Source: Gammaproteobacteria bacterium (lineage in GTDB: Bacteria > Pseudomonadota > Gammaproteobacteria > Eutrophobiales > Eutrophobiaceae). From it: a DNA stretch of 64,000 bases. The translations under genes were made by a program, and so were the position numbers. Shown piece after piece: positions 23,476 to 33,053 of this stretch. Within the stretch, counting starts at the first letter, position 1. Each line of letters begins with the position of its first letter. Location of the stretch: positions 818 to 64,817 of the forward strand of contig JAKZTI010000009.1 in NCBI GenBank assembly GCA_047517145.1, given 5' to 3'. The notes beneath the pieces are model-generated. The model had not been told where the DNA came from, did not search any database, and worked only from the letters and a program-made list of their open reading frames with translations.

Positions 23476-24272
23476 TGGCAGCTAAAAACAATCTTGAAGA
23501 TCCGGTCGTCATCGCCGGGCAAACATACACATCAAGATTACTCCTGGGTACCGGTAAATATAAGGATATGGATGAAACCCGGCTTGCCATCGAGGCAAGT
23601 GGATCACAAATCATTACTGTTGCTATCCGTAGAACCAACATTGGTCAAAACACCGATGAACCAAATTTACTGGATGTCATCTGCCCGGATAAATACACCA
23701 TCCTGCCAAATACGGCCGGGTGCTACGACGCAGACTCCGCCATAAGAACCTGTCTGCTGGCGCGCGAATTACTTGATGGCCATAAACTGGTCAAGCTTGA
23801 AGTGCTCGGCGATGAAAAAACTCTTTTCCCTGATGTGCCAGCAACAATCATTGCCGCAGAAGCTCTAATCAAAGAAGATTTTGATGTCATGGTTTATACC
23901 AATGACGACCCTGTTATGGCTAGACGCTTTGAGGAAATGGGCTGTGTTGCCGTCATGCCACTGGCTGCACCTATCGGCTCAGGCCTTGGCATTAGAAACC
24001 CGTACAATATAAGAACAATCGTAGAAAATGCATCTGTTCCCATTATTGTAGACGCTGGCGTTGGCACGGCTTCAGATGCTGCAATTGCCATGGAACTAGG
24101 TTGCGATGGTGTTTTAATGAACACAGCTGTTGCCGAAGCCAACAACCCTGTGTTGATGGCCAGCGCAATGAAAAAAGGTATTGAGTCCGGTCGTGAAGCA
24201 TTCCTTGCAGGTCGTATGCCGCGCCGCGCCTATGCCAGCGCATCATCTCCCATTGATGGCACATTTTTCTAA
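23475..24272 (+). CDS. thiG: thiazole synthase
   Basis: 265 aa with a ThiG TIM-barrel, including the conserved [14 protein letters not shown] and [13 protein letters not shown] segments. Confidence 0.92.
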   Translation: MAAKNNLEDPVVIAGQTYTSRLLLGTGKYKDMDETRLAIEASGSQIITVAIRRTNIGQNTDEPNLLDVICPDKYTILPNTAGCYDADSAIRTCLLARELLDGHKLVKLEVLGDEKTLFPDVPATIIAAEALIKEDFDVMVYTNDDPVMARRFEEMGCVAVMPLAAPIGSGLGIRNPYNIRTIVENASVPIIVDAGVGTASDAAIAMELGCDGVLMNTAVAEANNPVLMASAMKKGIESGREAFLAGRMPRRAYASASSPIDGTFF

Positions 24273-24309
24273 CTCAGAATAATACCCTCAGCAGTAAAGC
24301 TACGTTGTA

Positions 24310-25002
24310 ATGACAGCAGATACAAAACAGCATCCACCAATACGTAGTTTTGTATTGCGCGACGGGCGTATGACAGCAGCACAAAAAGATGCGCTTGAAA
24401 CATCATGGCCAGTACACGGTATTGAATTTAGTAAGGTGCCTTTAGATATGCATAAAATATTTGCACGACATGCACCCAGAATACTGGAAATCGGAACTGG
24501 TATGGGGGATGCCACCGGCCAGATGGCAGAAAACCATAAAGAGAATGACTATCTGGCTATTGAGGTGCACCGTCCTGGCATCGGTAGCCTCATGCGACAA
24601 ATTGAAGAAAAGCAACTATCGAATATTCGCCTCATCTCTCATGACATCGTTGAAATTTTAAAATTCCAGTTACCTGAAAATAGCATTGATTGCGTTTATA
24701 TATTTTTCCCCGATCCATGGCCCAAGAAAAAACACCATAAAAGACGCCTGATAAATTCATCACTCCTGTCTTTGATTAAACCCATTTTAAAAAAACACGG
24801 TCGTCTTTTTATCGCAACCGACTGGGAAAATTATGCAGAACAAATCATTGAATTAATCGCGTGTGAATCAGGGATCATAAATCTCGCCGGGGAAAATCAG
24901 TATGCACCCCGTCCACGATGGCGGCCAATGACAAAATTTGAAAATCGGGGGTTAAATAAAGGTCATCGTGTATTTGATTTTGCGCTGGCTTATAAATATT
25001 AA
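24310..25002 (+). CDS. trmB: tRNA (guanine-N7)-methyltransferase
   Basis: 230 aa with a SAM-binding motif (ILEIGTGMGD) and FPDPWPKKKHHKRR. Lies in the conserved thiSG-trmB order. Confidence 0.9.
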   Translation: MTADTKQHPPIRSFVLRDGRMTAAQKDALETSWPVHGIEFSKVPLDMHKIFARHAPRILEIGTGMGDATGQMAENHKENDYLAIEVHRPGIGSLMRQIEEKQLSNIRLISHDIVEILKFQLPENSIDCVYIFFPDPWPKKKHHKRRLINSSLLSLIKPILKKHGRLFIATDWENYAEQIIELIACESGIINLAGENQYAPRPRWRPMTKFENRGLNKGHRVFDFALAYKY

Positions 25003-25006
25003 TCTT

Positions 25007-25660
25007 CTAGGCAGAAAATAATTCTCTGAAATCATCGACAGCAAAAAATTCCGCTGATGTTCGTATTGGCAAATGGCTGTCTGGTTTGGCAATGCTCAGC
25101 AAATGACGGATCCCATATTCTTGCGCAACCCGCAATACCGTCAGGTTGTCATCAATAAACAAAGACTTCTCCTGGCTGAATTGAACAGTATCGGAGAGTA
25201 ATTCCCAGAATTCCCTGTGCTCTTTTGGACTGCCCAATGCATGGGCTGAAATAATATGATCAAAATGTTTTTTAAGTCCTGTTTTTTCAAGTTTTACCTC
25301 AAGAATTCTTTCATGGGCATTGGTGACCAGTACAATTTCCTTGCCCATTTCTTTCAACTTACACAGTAACTCCTCTGTAAAAGGTCTCGTTTTTATTAAA
25401 TGCTCAACGTCCTGTTTAAGTCTAAAAACATCCAGCTCTAGCTCATCAGACCAGTAATCCAGGCAGTACCACGCCAATGTACCTTCCATGGCTTTAAATC
25501 TTGGGATCAATGCTGCTTTCGCAGTATCAATATCCATGCCTTTTGGTTTTCCCCAACATTCGGGCAGGTATTCTTGCCAGAAATAGTTATCAAAATGGAG
25601 ATCGAGCAAGGTGCCATCCATATCCAGCATCACCGTATCAATCTCATTCCAGTTAATCAT
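25007..25660 (-). CDS. HAD-superfamily hydrolase (nucleotidase YrfG-like, subfamily IA)
   Basis: 217 aa with HAD motif I (DMDGTLLD) and downstream motifs. It converges on trmB with a 4-bp gap. Confidence 0.75.
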   Translation of the reverse strand: MINWNEIDTVMLDMDGTLLDLHFDNYFWQEYLPECWGKPKGMDIDTAKAALIPRFKAMEGTLAWYCLDYWSDELELDVFRLKQDVEHLIKTRPFTEELLCKLKEMGKEIVLVTNAHERILEVKLEKTGLKKHFDHIISAHALGSPKEHREFWELLSDTVQFSQEKSLFIDDNLTVLRVAQEYGIRHLLSIAKPDSHLPIRTSAEFFAVDDFRELFSA

Positions 25661-25731
25661 TTGTTATGCCCTGTTGGTATTCTCTATTATCATAAGCAAC
25701 TAATGTCTCACATAATACCCGTAAAACTAAA

Positions 25732-26538
25732 ATGGAAATAAACCAAGAGCTAATTGAAGAAATTTGTCAGATTGCCAGCAATGCTGCGAATTGCATTCTT
25801 GAAATTTATGATACTGATTTTTCTGTTGAGAGTAAGAAAGATCGTTCTCCCTTAACCGCTGCTGATCTGGCTGCACATAATACCATCTGTACGGCCCTCG
25901 AAAATTTAACACCTGATGTACCGGTGCTGTCAGAAGAGTCTTCGGAACTGCCTTACGCCGTGCGCAGTCAATGGTCGCGTTACTGGCTGGTTGATCCATT
26001 AGATGGCACGCGTGAATTTATCAAGCGTAATGGTGAGTTCACAGTCAACATCGCCCTGATTGAAAATGGGCAACCAAGCCTGGGGGTGATCACTGTTCCT
26101 GTCACAGGTGTTTGCTATTACGCCGCAACATCACTCGGCGCTTTTAAAACGAATGCTGATGGAATCACAGAATCGATAAAGATAAAAAAATCCGAGCTCA
26201 ATAAATTAACCATCGCTGGCAGTCGTTCACACGGGAGTGAACAACAGCAGGCCCTTATCGATCAGTTGGATGGCGCTGAAATTATTGCTATTGGTAGTTC
26301 CTTGAAATTTTGCCTGGTCGCAGAGGGCAAGGCAGATATCTACCCAAGGTTCGGATTAACTTCAGAATGGGATACCGCTGCGGCACAATGTATTGTTGAA
26401 GAGGCCGGTGGCTGTGTTGTCGATATGGATTTCAAACCAATTCGTTACAACACTAAAGACTCCCTGCTGAATCCAGAGTTTCTGGCAATTGCAGACCCAT
26501 CATTTAACTGGAAGCAGTATTTGGACAAAATAAAGTAA
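25732..26538 (+). CDS. cysQ: 3'(2'),5'-bisphosphate nucleotidase
   Basis: 268 aa of the inositol monophosphatase family, with WLVDPLDGTREF and GSSLKF motifs. Confidence 0.88.
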   Translation: MEINQELIEEICQIASNAANCILEIYDTDFSVESKKDRSPLTAADLAAHNTICTALENLTPDVPVLSEESSELPYAVRSQWSRYWLVDPLDGTREFIKRNGEFTVNIALIENGQPSLGVITVPVTGVCYYAATSLGAFKTNADGITESIKIKKSELNKLTIAGSRSHGSEQQQALIDQLDGAEIIAIGSSLKFCLVAEGKADIYPRFGLTSEWDTAAAQCIVEEAGGCVVDMDFKPIRYNTKDSLLNPEFLAIADPSFNWKQYLDKIK

Positions 26539-26540
26539 GG

Positions 26541-26882
26541 CTATTCTTCTTCAGGGAGATCTTCTGGCAAAGAATAAGCAGATACACAATCAAGATTAGA
26601 CATATAAATCAGTCCGCCATGGGGCTTGTTTATCCCGACCTCATCATGGATAAATCCAAAAATCTCATCCGCATCTTCACTGGAAACTGTTACGGTTAAA
26701 ATCTCTTTTTCTGTTTGCTCACCAACACCTCTATATGCCAGCGGTGTTAATTTCCCCAATCCTCTTGCTGTATTAATATTGGCCGTGACAATACCCTTTT
26801 CTCCCTTGAGGGATTTAACAACATCAAAACAGATACCTTTGGGCAATATACAAGTAATCAATTTTTGATTGTTGATAAACAT
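26541..26882 (-). CDS. PII-like (GlnB-fold) small regulatory protein, copy 2
   Basis: 113 aa. A segment (KLITCILPKGICFDVVKSLKGEKGIVTANINTARGLG) resembles the PII N-terminal region. It is the last gene of a three-gene minus-strand operon. Confidence 0.6.
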   Translation of the reverse strand: MFINNQKLITCILPKGICFDVVKSLKGEKGIVTANINTARGLGKLTPLAYRGVGEQTEKEILTVTVSSEDADEIFGFIHDEVGINKPHGGLIYMSNLDCVSAYSLPEDLPEEE

Positions 26883-27280
26883 TACTGATTGCTCACTGCA
26901 GCAGATTTGGCACCAGCTTCTTCTTTTTCTAGTTTCTCGGCAATTTCTCTGGGTATGTATGTTGCCGCTTTGTCCAAAGGAGTTAAATAGATAAATCCCA
27001 TTCCCGGGGTATCAAGATTTCCAGCGATGTACATCCTTTCAAGAATTCTATCTGCTTGATCCTTTGCCACCACGACGTTGATCACTTCCTTATCAACTTC
27101 AATAGCCAGCGCGAGGATACCCAGCCGTTCCCTGACACCTTCCCCTCGTGCATAATGGACAGTTGCACCTTGCGCACCTGCCTCCTGTGCCGCTTTGACG
27201 ATGGTATCGGCAATTCCCCTTTGAACAATACATGTGATTAGTGAGACATCCGTTAATACCGTGACTTCTCTTTTGCTCAT
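26882..27280 (-). CDS. PII-like (GlnB-fold) nitrogen-regulatory-protein-family protein, copy 1
   Basis: 132 aa. The segment VSLITCIVQRGIADTIVKAAQEAGAQGATVHYARGEG resembles the GlnB KKIEAII...VGITGMTVTEVKGFG core. Its start overlaps the upstream membrane-protein gene. Confidence 0.65.
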   Translation of the reverse strand: MSKREVTVLTDVSLITCIVQRGIADTIVKAAQEAGAQGATVHYARGEGVRERLGILALAIEVDKEVINVVVAKDQADRILERMYIAGNLDTPGMGFIYLTPLDKAATYIPREIAEKLEKEEAGAKSAAVSNQ

Positions 27281-29052
27281 GTGACTGCTACCTCCACATT
27301 ATTATTGTCCTCAAGATCCTCTGCATGGTGTCTGCGATTAATCTTCCACTGTACCCATAATCCTGTAGATAACACCGCAATTATGGGGCAGATAGAGGCC
27401 ATAGATAAAATACCAAAGCCTTCGACAGAGCCCATGGCACTACCAAAGCCCAGTCCCATGGCCAAAACCAGGGGCACTGTGACGGGCCCCGTTGTCACTC
27501 CGGCACTATCCCAGGCAATATTTACAAATTCCTCCGTAGACAGAGAGGTCAATATCAATCCAAAGACATAGCCTGGCAAGAGTAAATAGGCGATGGGGAT
27601 ATCAAAGATAATTTTTAATACGCCGATCGCAATACCAAAAGCAACCCCGATAGAAACTGCATACATGAGCATGGATTTTTTAAACGCACTATTGGTGAGG
27701 TTTTCAACTGTTGTGCCCAATGCGTTCAGTGCCGGTTCAGCCAATGTTGCACCCAGGCCTAAAAACCATGCGAACAAGGCAGCAATTGAAATACCCATTG
27801 TTAGAGAATAAAGAGGCGAGTTCTCTACTAGCGCGATGTTGGTAAAAGCAGCCGGCACCAGACCACCCGATTGACCGCCCAGCTTTGCCAGGCCATAGCT
27901 CAGCCCAACATTAAAAACCACCATGCCAATAACACAGAGAGAAATACCATAAATTGTCATCGCCTTATTTTTTATTTTTTCATTGAGAATGAAATACATT
28001 ACAAGAATCAGAAATAATACCAGAGGAATAATCGCTCGCACTCCCAGTATTATCTCTTGCCATGGTGTCAGTTCATGCCAGGGAATAACATGGGCAGCGT
28101 TGTCAATTTGACTCGCACTTGCAATGATTGAATCAACGGATGTGGTTGAAGAGACAAATATTGCCAATATCATCACACCAATGATCGGAAATAATGAAGC
28201 AAGCGTCACAATCCCGAACCCGGACAATGACGAATGACCTTTCCCAGCAGACGATGCGATGCCTATCCCCAAAGAAAGCACCAATGGAACCGTAACCGGT
28301 CCGGTGGTGACAGCGCCACAATCCCAGGCAAGGCCTAAAACCTTGCTCAGCTCCGGATCGGTCATGATATAAAGTGTCAGACCGAGTGTTGGTATCATCG
28401 TACAATAAATAAAGGGTTTCAGGCTCCAGCCGTTGATAAAACGTAGCGTTCCAAGAACTGCTGCCAGACCAACGCCCATGCCAACGATTAATACCAACAC
28501 ACCAGACCATTCGTTGAGTAAGGTATATAAATAGGGCGCCTTAGCAACATCTACAATCGAACCGGCAGTTTTTAATGCGCCTATAGCCGGTTCAGCAAAT
28601 GTCACGCCTATCCCTAACAAGAAAGTAACCGTGAGAACCACGTATAGTGGGGATTTGGTGGGTAAAATATTGCCTATGGTTTCACCAAAGGGCATCAAAC
28701 CAACCTTCAGACCTTCCATGAACAGCATCAAGCCAATGATTACGGAGACCAACCCTGCCGTTATCACCCATGAATCTGTCAAATCCTGTCTTAAAATAAA
28801 GAGTTGAAACAAAATCAGATATAACGCTAAAGGTAAGACTGCCTTTATCTGATCATATAACCTGATACTGACATAAGGCTGGACCAGTCGGTATATATCT
28901 ATATTTCTTAATTTTAACTTTGGCGGGACATAGGGAATATCGTTGCCAGCAGAATCCTGCTTGATTTCGGGGGCGAGATCATTGTAGCTGATCAACTTCT
29001 GTTGAATCGTTATCTCTCGAATATAAGACCCAAATCGTATCTTCCTGTCCAC
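27277..29052 (-). CDS. polytopic membrane protein made of two tandem DUF1538-like repeats (putative transporter)
   Basis: 591 aa, highly hydrophobic. Two homologous halves each contain LAWDCGAVTTGPVTVPLVLSLGIG / IAWDSAGVTTGPVTVPLVLAMGLG and FAEPAIGALKTAG / LAEPALNALGTTV signatures. Confidence 0.7.
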   Translation of the reverse strand: MDRKIRFGSYIREITIQQKLISYNDLAPEIKQDSAGNDIPYVPPKLKLRNIDIYRLVQPYVSIRLYDQIKAVLPLALYLILFQLFILRQDLTDSWVITAGLVSVIIGLMLFMEGLKVGLMPFGETIGNILPTKSPLYVVLTVTFLLGIGVTFAEPAIGALKTAGSIVDVAKAPYLYTLLNEWSGVLVLIVGMGVGLAAVLGTLRFINGWSLKPFIYCTMIPTLGLTLYIMTDPELSKVLGLAWDCGAVTTGPVTVPLVLSLGIGIASSAGKGHSSLSGFGIVTLASLFPIIGVMILAIFVSSTTSVDSIIASASQIDNAAHVIPWHELTPWQEIILGVRAIIPLVLFLILVMYFILNEKIKNKAMTIYGISLCVIGMVVFNVGLSYGLAKLGGQSGGLVPAAFTNIALVENSPLYSLTMGISIAALFAWFLGLGATLAEPALNALGTTVENLTNSAFKKSMLMYAVSIGVAFGIAIGVLKIIFDIPIAYLLLPGYVFGLILTSLSTEEFVNIAWDSAGVTTGPVTVPLVLAMGLGFGSAMGSVEGFGILSMASICPIIAVLSTGLWVQWKINRRHHAEDLEDNNNVEVAVT

Positions 29053-29187
29053 TTAGCTATCCCCCACTAAACTGACACTTATCTATACAGAGCAACGGTA
29101 GTATAGTACCCCCTTTGATTATAGTTGACCTAAATAATTATACATTGATGGAGATCAAGCAAACCACTTTTTATGGGTGACCACATT

Positions 29188-29550
29188 TTAAGTAAACAAA
29201 ACACATCCCCAGACAAGCACTACATTAAGTAAAGCGATCAACACCGCCGCTGAACCAACATCTTTTGCCCGACCTGATAGCTGGTGATGCTCTCCTCCAA
29301 ATCTATCTACAACTGCTTCCATGCCAGAGTTAATCAATTCAGTAATCAACACCAGGACAATCACACTCACAAGCAGAGCAATTTCTACGCCAGTTTCTCC
29401 AAGATAAAAACCCAACGGGACAAGAATAATGGAAAGATATATTTCCTGTCTAAAGGCCGCTTCATTTTTGAAGGCGGCAGTCAGCCCTTGCATGGAAAAA
29501 CCAAGAGCCTTGAACAAACGTTCAAGGCCAGCAGTTCCCTGTGAAGACAT
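29188..29550 (-). CDS. dgkA: diacylglycerol kinase
   Basis: 120 aa with three TM segments and conserved DgkA residues (...EAVVDRFGGEHHQLSGRAKD...). Confidence 0.88.
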   Translation of the reverse strand: MSSQGTAGLERLFKALGFSMQGLTAAFKNEAAFRQEIYLSIILVPLGFYLGETGVEIALLVSVIVLVLITELINSGMEAVVDRFGGEHHQLSGRAKDVGSAAVLIALLNVVLVWGCVLFT

Positions 29551-29598
29551 GGTGTTGAATTAATATTTTTTAATCGGAATGTTCTTACAATAAGGCCG

Positions 29599-30096
29599 TC
29601 ACAATAAAGCAAGAGCAGCGTTGTAATTTGGCTCGTCGGCAATTTCGGAAACCAACTCTGTATGTATCACCTTGTCATTCTCATCTATGACAACAATGGC
29701 ACGTGCAGTAATCCCCGCCAGTGGGCCATCTTCAATCAACACGCCATAATCTTTTGCAAATTTACGTGAGCGCATCATTGAAAGCGATACAACATTTTCA
29801 GTGCCTTCTGCTGAACAAAAACGTGACATGGCAAAGGGAAGATCTGCAGAAATCATCAGGAAGACAGTGCCTTCTCTGCTCGCAGCCGAATCATTAAACT
29901 TTTTTGTCGATAAAGCGCAAGTGGGGGTATCAAGACTGGGAACGATATTCAGTAATTTTTTTTTACCACTGTAGTTGTCCAGGCCAATATCAGCCAGCTC
30001 ACTATTCACCAACGAGAAGGCGGGCGCCTGTTCACCAATAGCAGGCAAATCTCCGTTGGTATTTATTTCATTCCCATGCAAGGTTATTTTAGCCAT
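29599..30096 (-). CDS. tpx: thiol peroxidase (atypical 2-Cys peroxiredoxin)
   Basis: 165 aa with the Tpx active site (VPSLDTPTCA) and a resolving Cys further downstream. Confidence 0.9.
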   Translation of the reverse strand: MAKITLHGNEINTNGDLPAIGEQAPAFSLVNSELADIGLDNYSGKKKLLNIVPSLDTPTCALSTKKFNDSAASREGTVFLMISADLPFAMSRFCSAEGTENVVSLSMMRSRKFAKDYGVLIEDGPLAGITARAIVVIDENDKVIHTELVSEIADEPNYNAALALL

Positions 30097-30140
30097 TTCA
30101 GTTTCCTCTATCCTGTAATGTAATTCTTACGGCATTAGTA

Positions 30141-30166
30141 TACCCAAACTACCCGGAAATGCAGGT
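30141..30166 (+). repeat. 26-bp dispersed motif, copy 1 (TACCCAAACTACCCGGAAATGCAGGT)
   Basis: Near-identical copies occur at 52036-52061 and 56141-56166. This copy lies 45 bp upstream of the minus-strand tpx start. Confidence 0.7.
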
Positions 30167-30206
30167 AATTCGGGTATGGACATAAGGAACTACGAGATCA
30201 TCTGTT

Positions 30207-30929
30207 TTATCTGTATTTGTACCACATCCAGACACCGCTCATGGCCAACAGTAAAAATAATACCGCCATAAAATCAACCAGCAATACACCTGCCTGTCCC
30301 AGTATCCTGCCACTGTGAATATCAATAATCACTCTTTCCAGTGGCAACCCTTTACCACGATAAAGCGTTAGTAACTGTTCATTTAATTTATTTGGTATTT
30401 CATCGGGGACCGACCAGCTAACGACCAGTTCTTTTTGTTCCTGCCATTCTGTAGTATCAAGATCAGCAATGTAATCACCATGCGCTGCCTTGATAACGAT
30501 ATCTCCTCTACTGGACAAACCAATTGATTTTATACCTGCAGGGACACCTTCGCTTCCTGATAATCTTTCGACAATTTCTCCGGATTGAGTCAGAATTAAT
30601 AAACTTCCATCCAATGCAACGACAAAGCTATCACTACTACGAATTGCTCCGTATAAATCTTCAATATGATCTGCAAGCTCAATCTGATCAAAATATAAAC
30701 GACCATCGATTTGGGTAAGCCAATGCTGATCTACCTTGAAACCTTTCATCTGACCTTTAGGTTGAATGCTATACCACTCAAGAAGTTTCTCGCTTTGAAC
30801 AAAAATATTTTGTAAGTTTAACTTATCAGTATGATTCAATAGCAGTCCAGTAACGACGAGCAGCATGACAAAAAATGCAGCAGTAATACCCACCTTTCTG
30901 TGCCATTTATGAATAAAAGCCCACATCAT
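30207..30929 (-). CDS. PepSY-associated TM-helix membrane protein
   Basis: 240 aa with an N-terminal TM segment (HKWHRKVGITAAFFVMLLVVTGLLLNH), a periplasmic domain and a C-terminal TM segment. It is the last gene of the porin/FMN-binding/PepSY operon. Confidence 0.65.
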   Translation of the reverse strand: MMWAFIHKWHRKVGITAAFFVMLLVVTGLLLNHTDKLNLQNIFVQSEKLLEWYSIQPKGQMKGFKVDQHWLTQIDGRLYFDQIELADHIEDLYGAIRSSDSFVVALDGSLLILTQSGEIVERLSGSEGVPAGIKSIGLSSRGDIVIKAAHGDYIADLDTTEWQEQKELVVSWSVPDEIPNKLNEQLLTLYRGKGLPLERVIIDIHSGRILGQAGVLLVDFMAVLFLLLAMSGVWMWYKYR

Positions 30930-30965
30930 ATTTTCACTATAATCCCACCCAATTTTTACCTGATG

Positions 30966-31502
30966 TTATTTTCCTGACTCTTCAACTTCTTGATGCAACA
31001 ATAAGGCAAGCCGCGCCATTTTTTTCATCGCATTGACGGAAAGTGTGGCACCCGATATCCCATCGATATGCCTGTCTAGTTGTTTGTCTTCTTTAAGTGT
31101 CGCATCACTGAATTGATCAGTAAAAAATGGGTAACGTACCTCCCAACCCCGACTCTCACGGAAAACCAGCACATTGAGGCTTTCGATCTTGTTGTTATTA
31201 ACAACTATGCCTGCGGTAATGGGCCTTTCCTTACCAATCTCTTCAAGTATCCAGGCAGTGCGCCCTGCTTTTTCCCAGTATTTTAATCTAAGTACACCGA
31301 GGTCATGCTCCATGATCTCATATATTTTCATTTTAAGATCTTTCTTAATCCAGATTTTACTGACCTTCGGCGCATCACCGGAAAATACCTCCTGAATAAA
31401 CTCTGACGGTTCCTGATAAGTCCCCCTTGCATTAACACACATCGCCATGCCTAATATCACAGGCAAAATCAAATACTGACTAAACAATTTAACTGTCATC
31501 AT
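30966..31502 (-). CDS. secreted FMN-binding-domain protein (FMN_bind; predicted covalent flavinylation site)
   Basis: Signal peptide (MMTVKLFSQYLILPVILGMAMCVNA) and a C-terminal DGISGATLS motif, as in NqrC/RnfG FMN_bind domains. Start set to the ATG at 31502, not the GTG at 31538. Confidence 0.65.
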   Translation of the reverse strand: MMTVKLFSQYLILPVILGMAMCVNARGTYQEPSEFIQEVFSGDAPKVSKIWIKKDLKMKIYEIMEHDLGVLRLKYWEKAGRTAWILEEIGKERPITAGIVVNNNKIESLNVLVFRESRGWEVRYPFFTDQFSDATLKEDKQLDRHIDGISGATLSVNAMKKMARLALLLHQEVEESGK

Positions 31503-31627
31503 TCTATATTTTGTGTCCATTGATACTTTAACATGCACCTAACTATAAAATTTGTAACCATTTAACGTAAAACGCAAGACACCTCCGCAAGGAGGTGTCT
31601 TGATATTCTCTTGCCACTTTAACTTAC

Positions 31628-32962
31628 CTAGAACTGATACCCAAGACCCAGATTAAATCCATCTAGTAATTTATCGGCACGACTATCTCCACTTTCATTT
31701 TGATAATCAAACTTGAATACAACATTGGAATGTGGCCACCAGTTCAAACCTGCTTTCCATCTCTCAAACTGAACATAGGTACCATCTGGCACCATCCCTT
31801 GACCCCTGGCATCCCATTCCGAATAACGCGCAAAGACACCAAGCTCACCGGGAATAATACCTGGTGATCTGAAACGGTACGCAGGTTCTATATACCAACC
31901 GTCGATACTGTCCTGTGTGAAGGTTATCCCGGTTGGCACATCCATATCCCAACGCGCATACAAACCACGAAAGCCTAGACCACTGGAATGTTTATAGTCT
32001 ACATGCCCTTCAAACAAGGTTGCATCCACATTGAAAGCATCTGCAGTACCCGTCATGTCCGCTTGATATTGACCCGATATTCCGACTTCCAGGCCAGGCA
32101 TACCTGTATAACGAATACTACCAGTAAAGGCGATATCCTGATCATCAGCATTTCCAACTTTAAGTCGTCCACTTCTTGGTCTTAATGTTGATGAACCGGT
32201 AGTTGGTGTGACCAAACCACTATGGGCAACAACATCATAATTCCATCCCGGCGCGATCTCACCGTTAAATCCAGCGCCTGCTTCCCACCATGTGGCTGGA
32301 ATAATCTCCGCCTCTACAGTATTACGTTCAACCCCATAGAACGTATTAGGCTCATGGGTTCTATTAATGATCCCTATAGGAAGGATATCCAGCCCCCCCC
32401 GGAAACGGTGATGGTCGTTGATGTCCATTTCAATCCATGCCTGTTCCAATTCTACTTCGCCCGGTTGACCGTCACCAGATATGGCATGTTCCACTTCCAG
32501 TTCAGAAAAGAATCGAATGTTGTCGTTAAACTCGTGACCAAAATATAATACGAAGCGATGAAAATCGACACGATCAAGAGAATTATCACCACCTACCGTA
32601 TCATTATTATCACTCAAATTATTATAATGTAATTCACCATAACCACCGATACTGGTTTTGTCCCACCAGCCACTTCCGCTTGATGAAGATGCTGATTCGA
32701 ATGCCTCGGTCGCAGCTTCAACTTCCTCCGCGTTTTCTTCTACCTTTTCTTCATTAACAGCAACACGTTGATCAGTTTCATCGAGTCTTGCTTTAAGTTC
32801 ATCAATAACCTGTTGTTGTTGTTGAATCATCTCCCACATTTCTTCAGCGGAAGGCGGTTTAGCAAAACTGGATTGAACTCCAGTCATTAAGCTTAGAGTT
32901 AAAACACACGGGATAGTGGAATGAAGATTTATTTTTCGATGGTTTACAACAAAAGATCGCAT
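31628..32962 (-). CDS. outer-membrane beta-barrel porin with an N-terminal coiled-coil extension
   Basis: 444 aa with a signal peptide and a Gln/Glu-rich coiled coil, then alternating aromatic beta-strand pattern. It has a C-terminal Phe (…LGLGYQF), as in outer-membrane proteins. Confidence 0.7.
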   Translation of the reverse strand: MRSFVVNHRKINLHSTIPCVLTLSLMTGVQSSFAKPPSAEEMWEMIQQQQQVIDELKARLDETDQRVAVNEEKVEENAEEVEAATEAFESASSSSGSGWWDKTSIGGYGELHYNNLSDNNDTVGGDNSLDRVDFHRFVLYFGHEFNDNIRFFSELEVEHAISGDGQPGEVELEQAWIEMDINDHHRFRGGLDILPIGIINRTHEPNTFYGVERNTVEAEIIPATWWEAGAGFNGEIAPGWNYDVVAHSGLVTPTTGSSTLRPRSGRLKVGNADDQDIAFTGSIRYTGMPGLEVGISGQYQADMTGTADAFNVDATLFEGHVDYKHSSGLGFRGLYARWDMDVPTGITFTQDSIDGWYIEPAYRFRSPGIIPGELGVFARYSEWDARGQGMVPDGTYVQFERWKAGLNWWPHSNVVFKFDYQNESGDSRADKLLDGFNLGLGYQF

Positions 32963-33034
32963 GGCGGCTCCTCCACAGATGGCTTACAAGTAATGACGCA
33001 GCACAGCATATACAGATCACTATGTAATGTAAAT

Positions 33035-33053
33035 GATAATTATTCTCATTATC
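33035..33053. promoter_or_regulatory. putative Fur box
   Basis: GATAATTATTCTCATTATC matches the 19-bp consensus GATAATGATAATCATTATC at 16 of 19 positions. It is embedded in a longer AATGATAAT...ATTATCATTAT run, about 75 bp upstream of the porin start. Confidence 0.6.
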
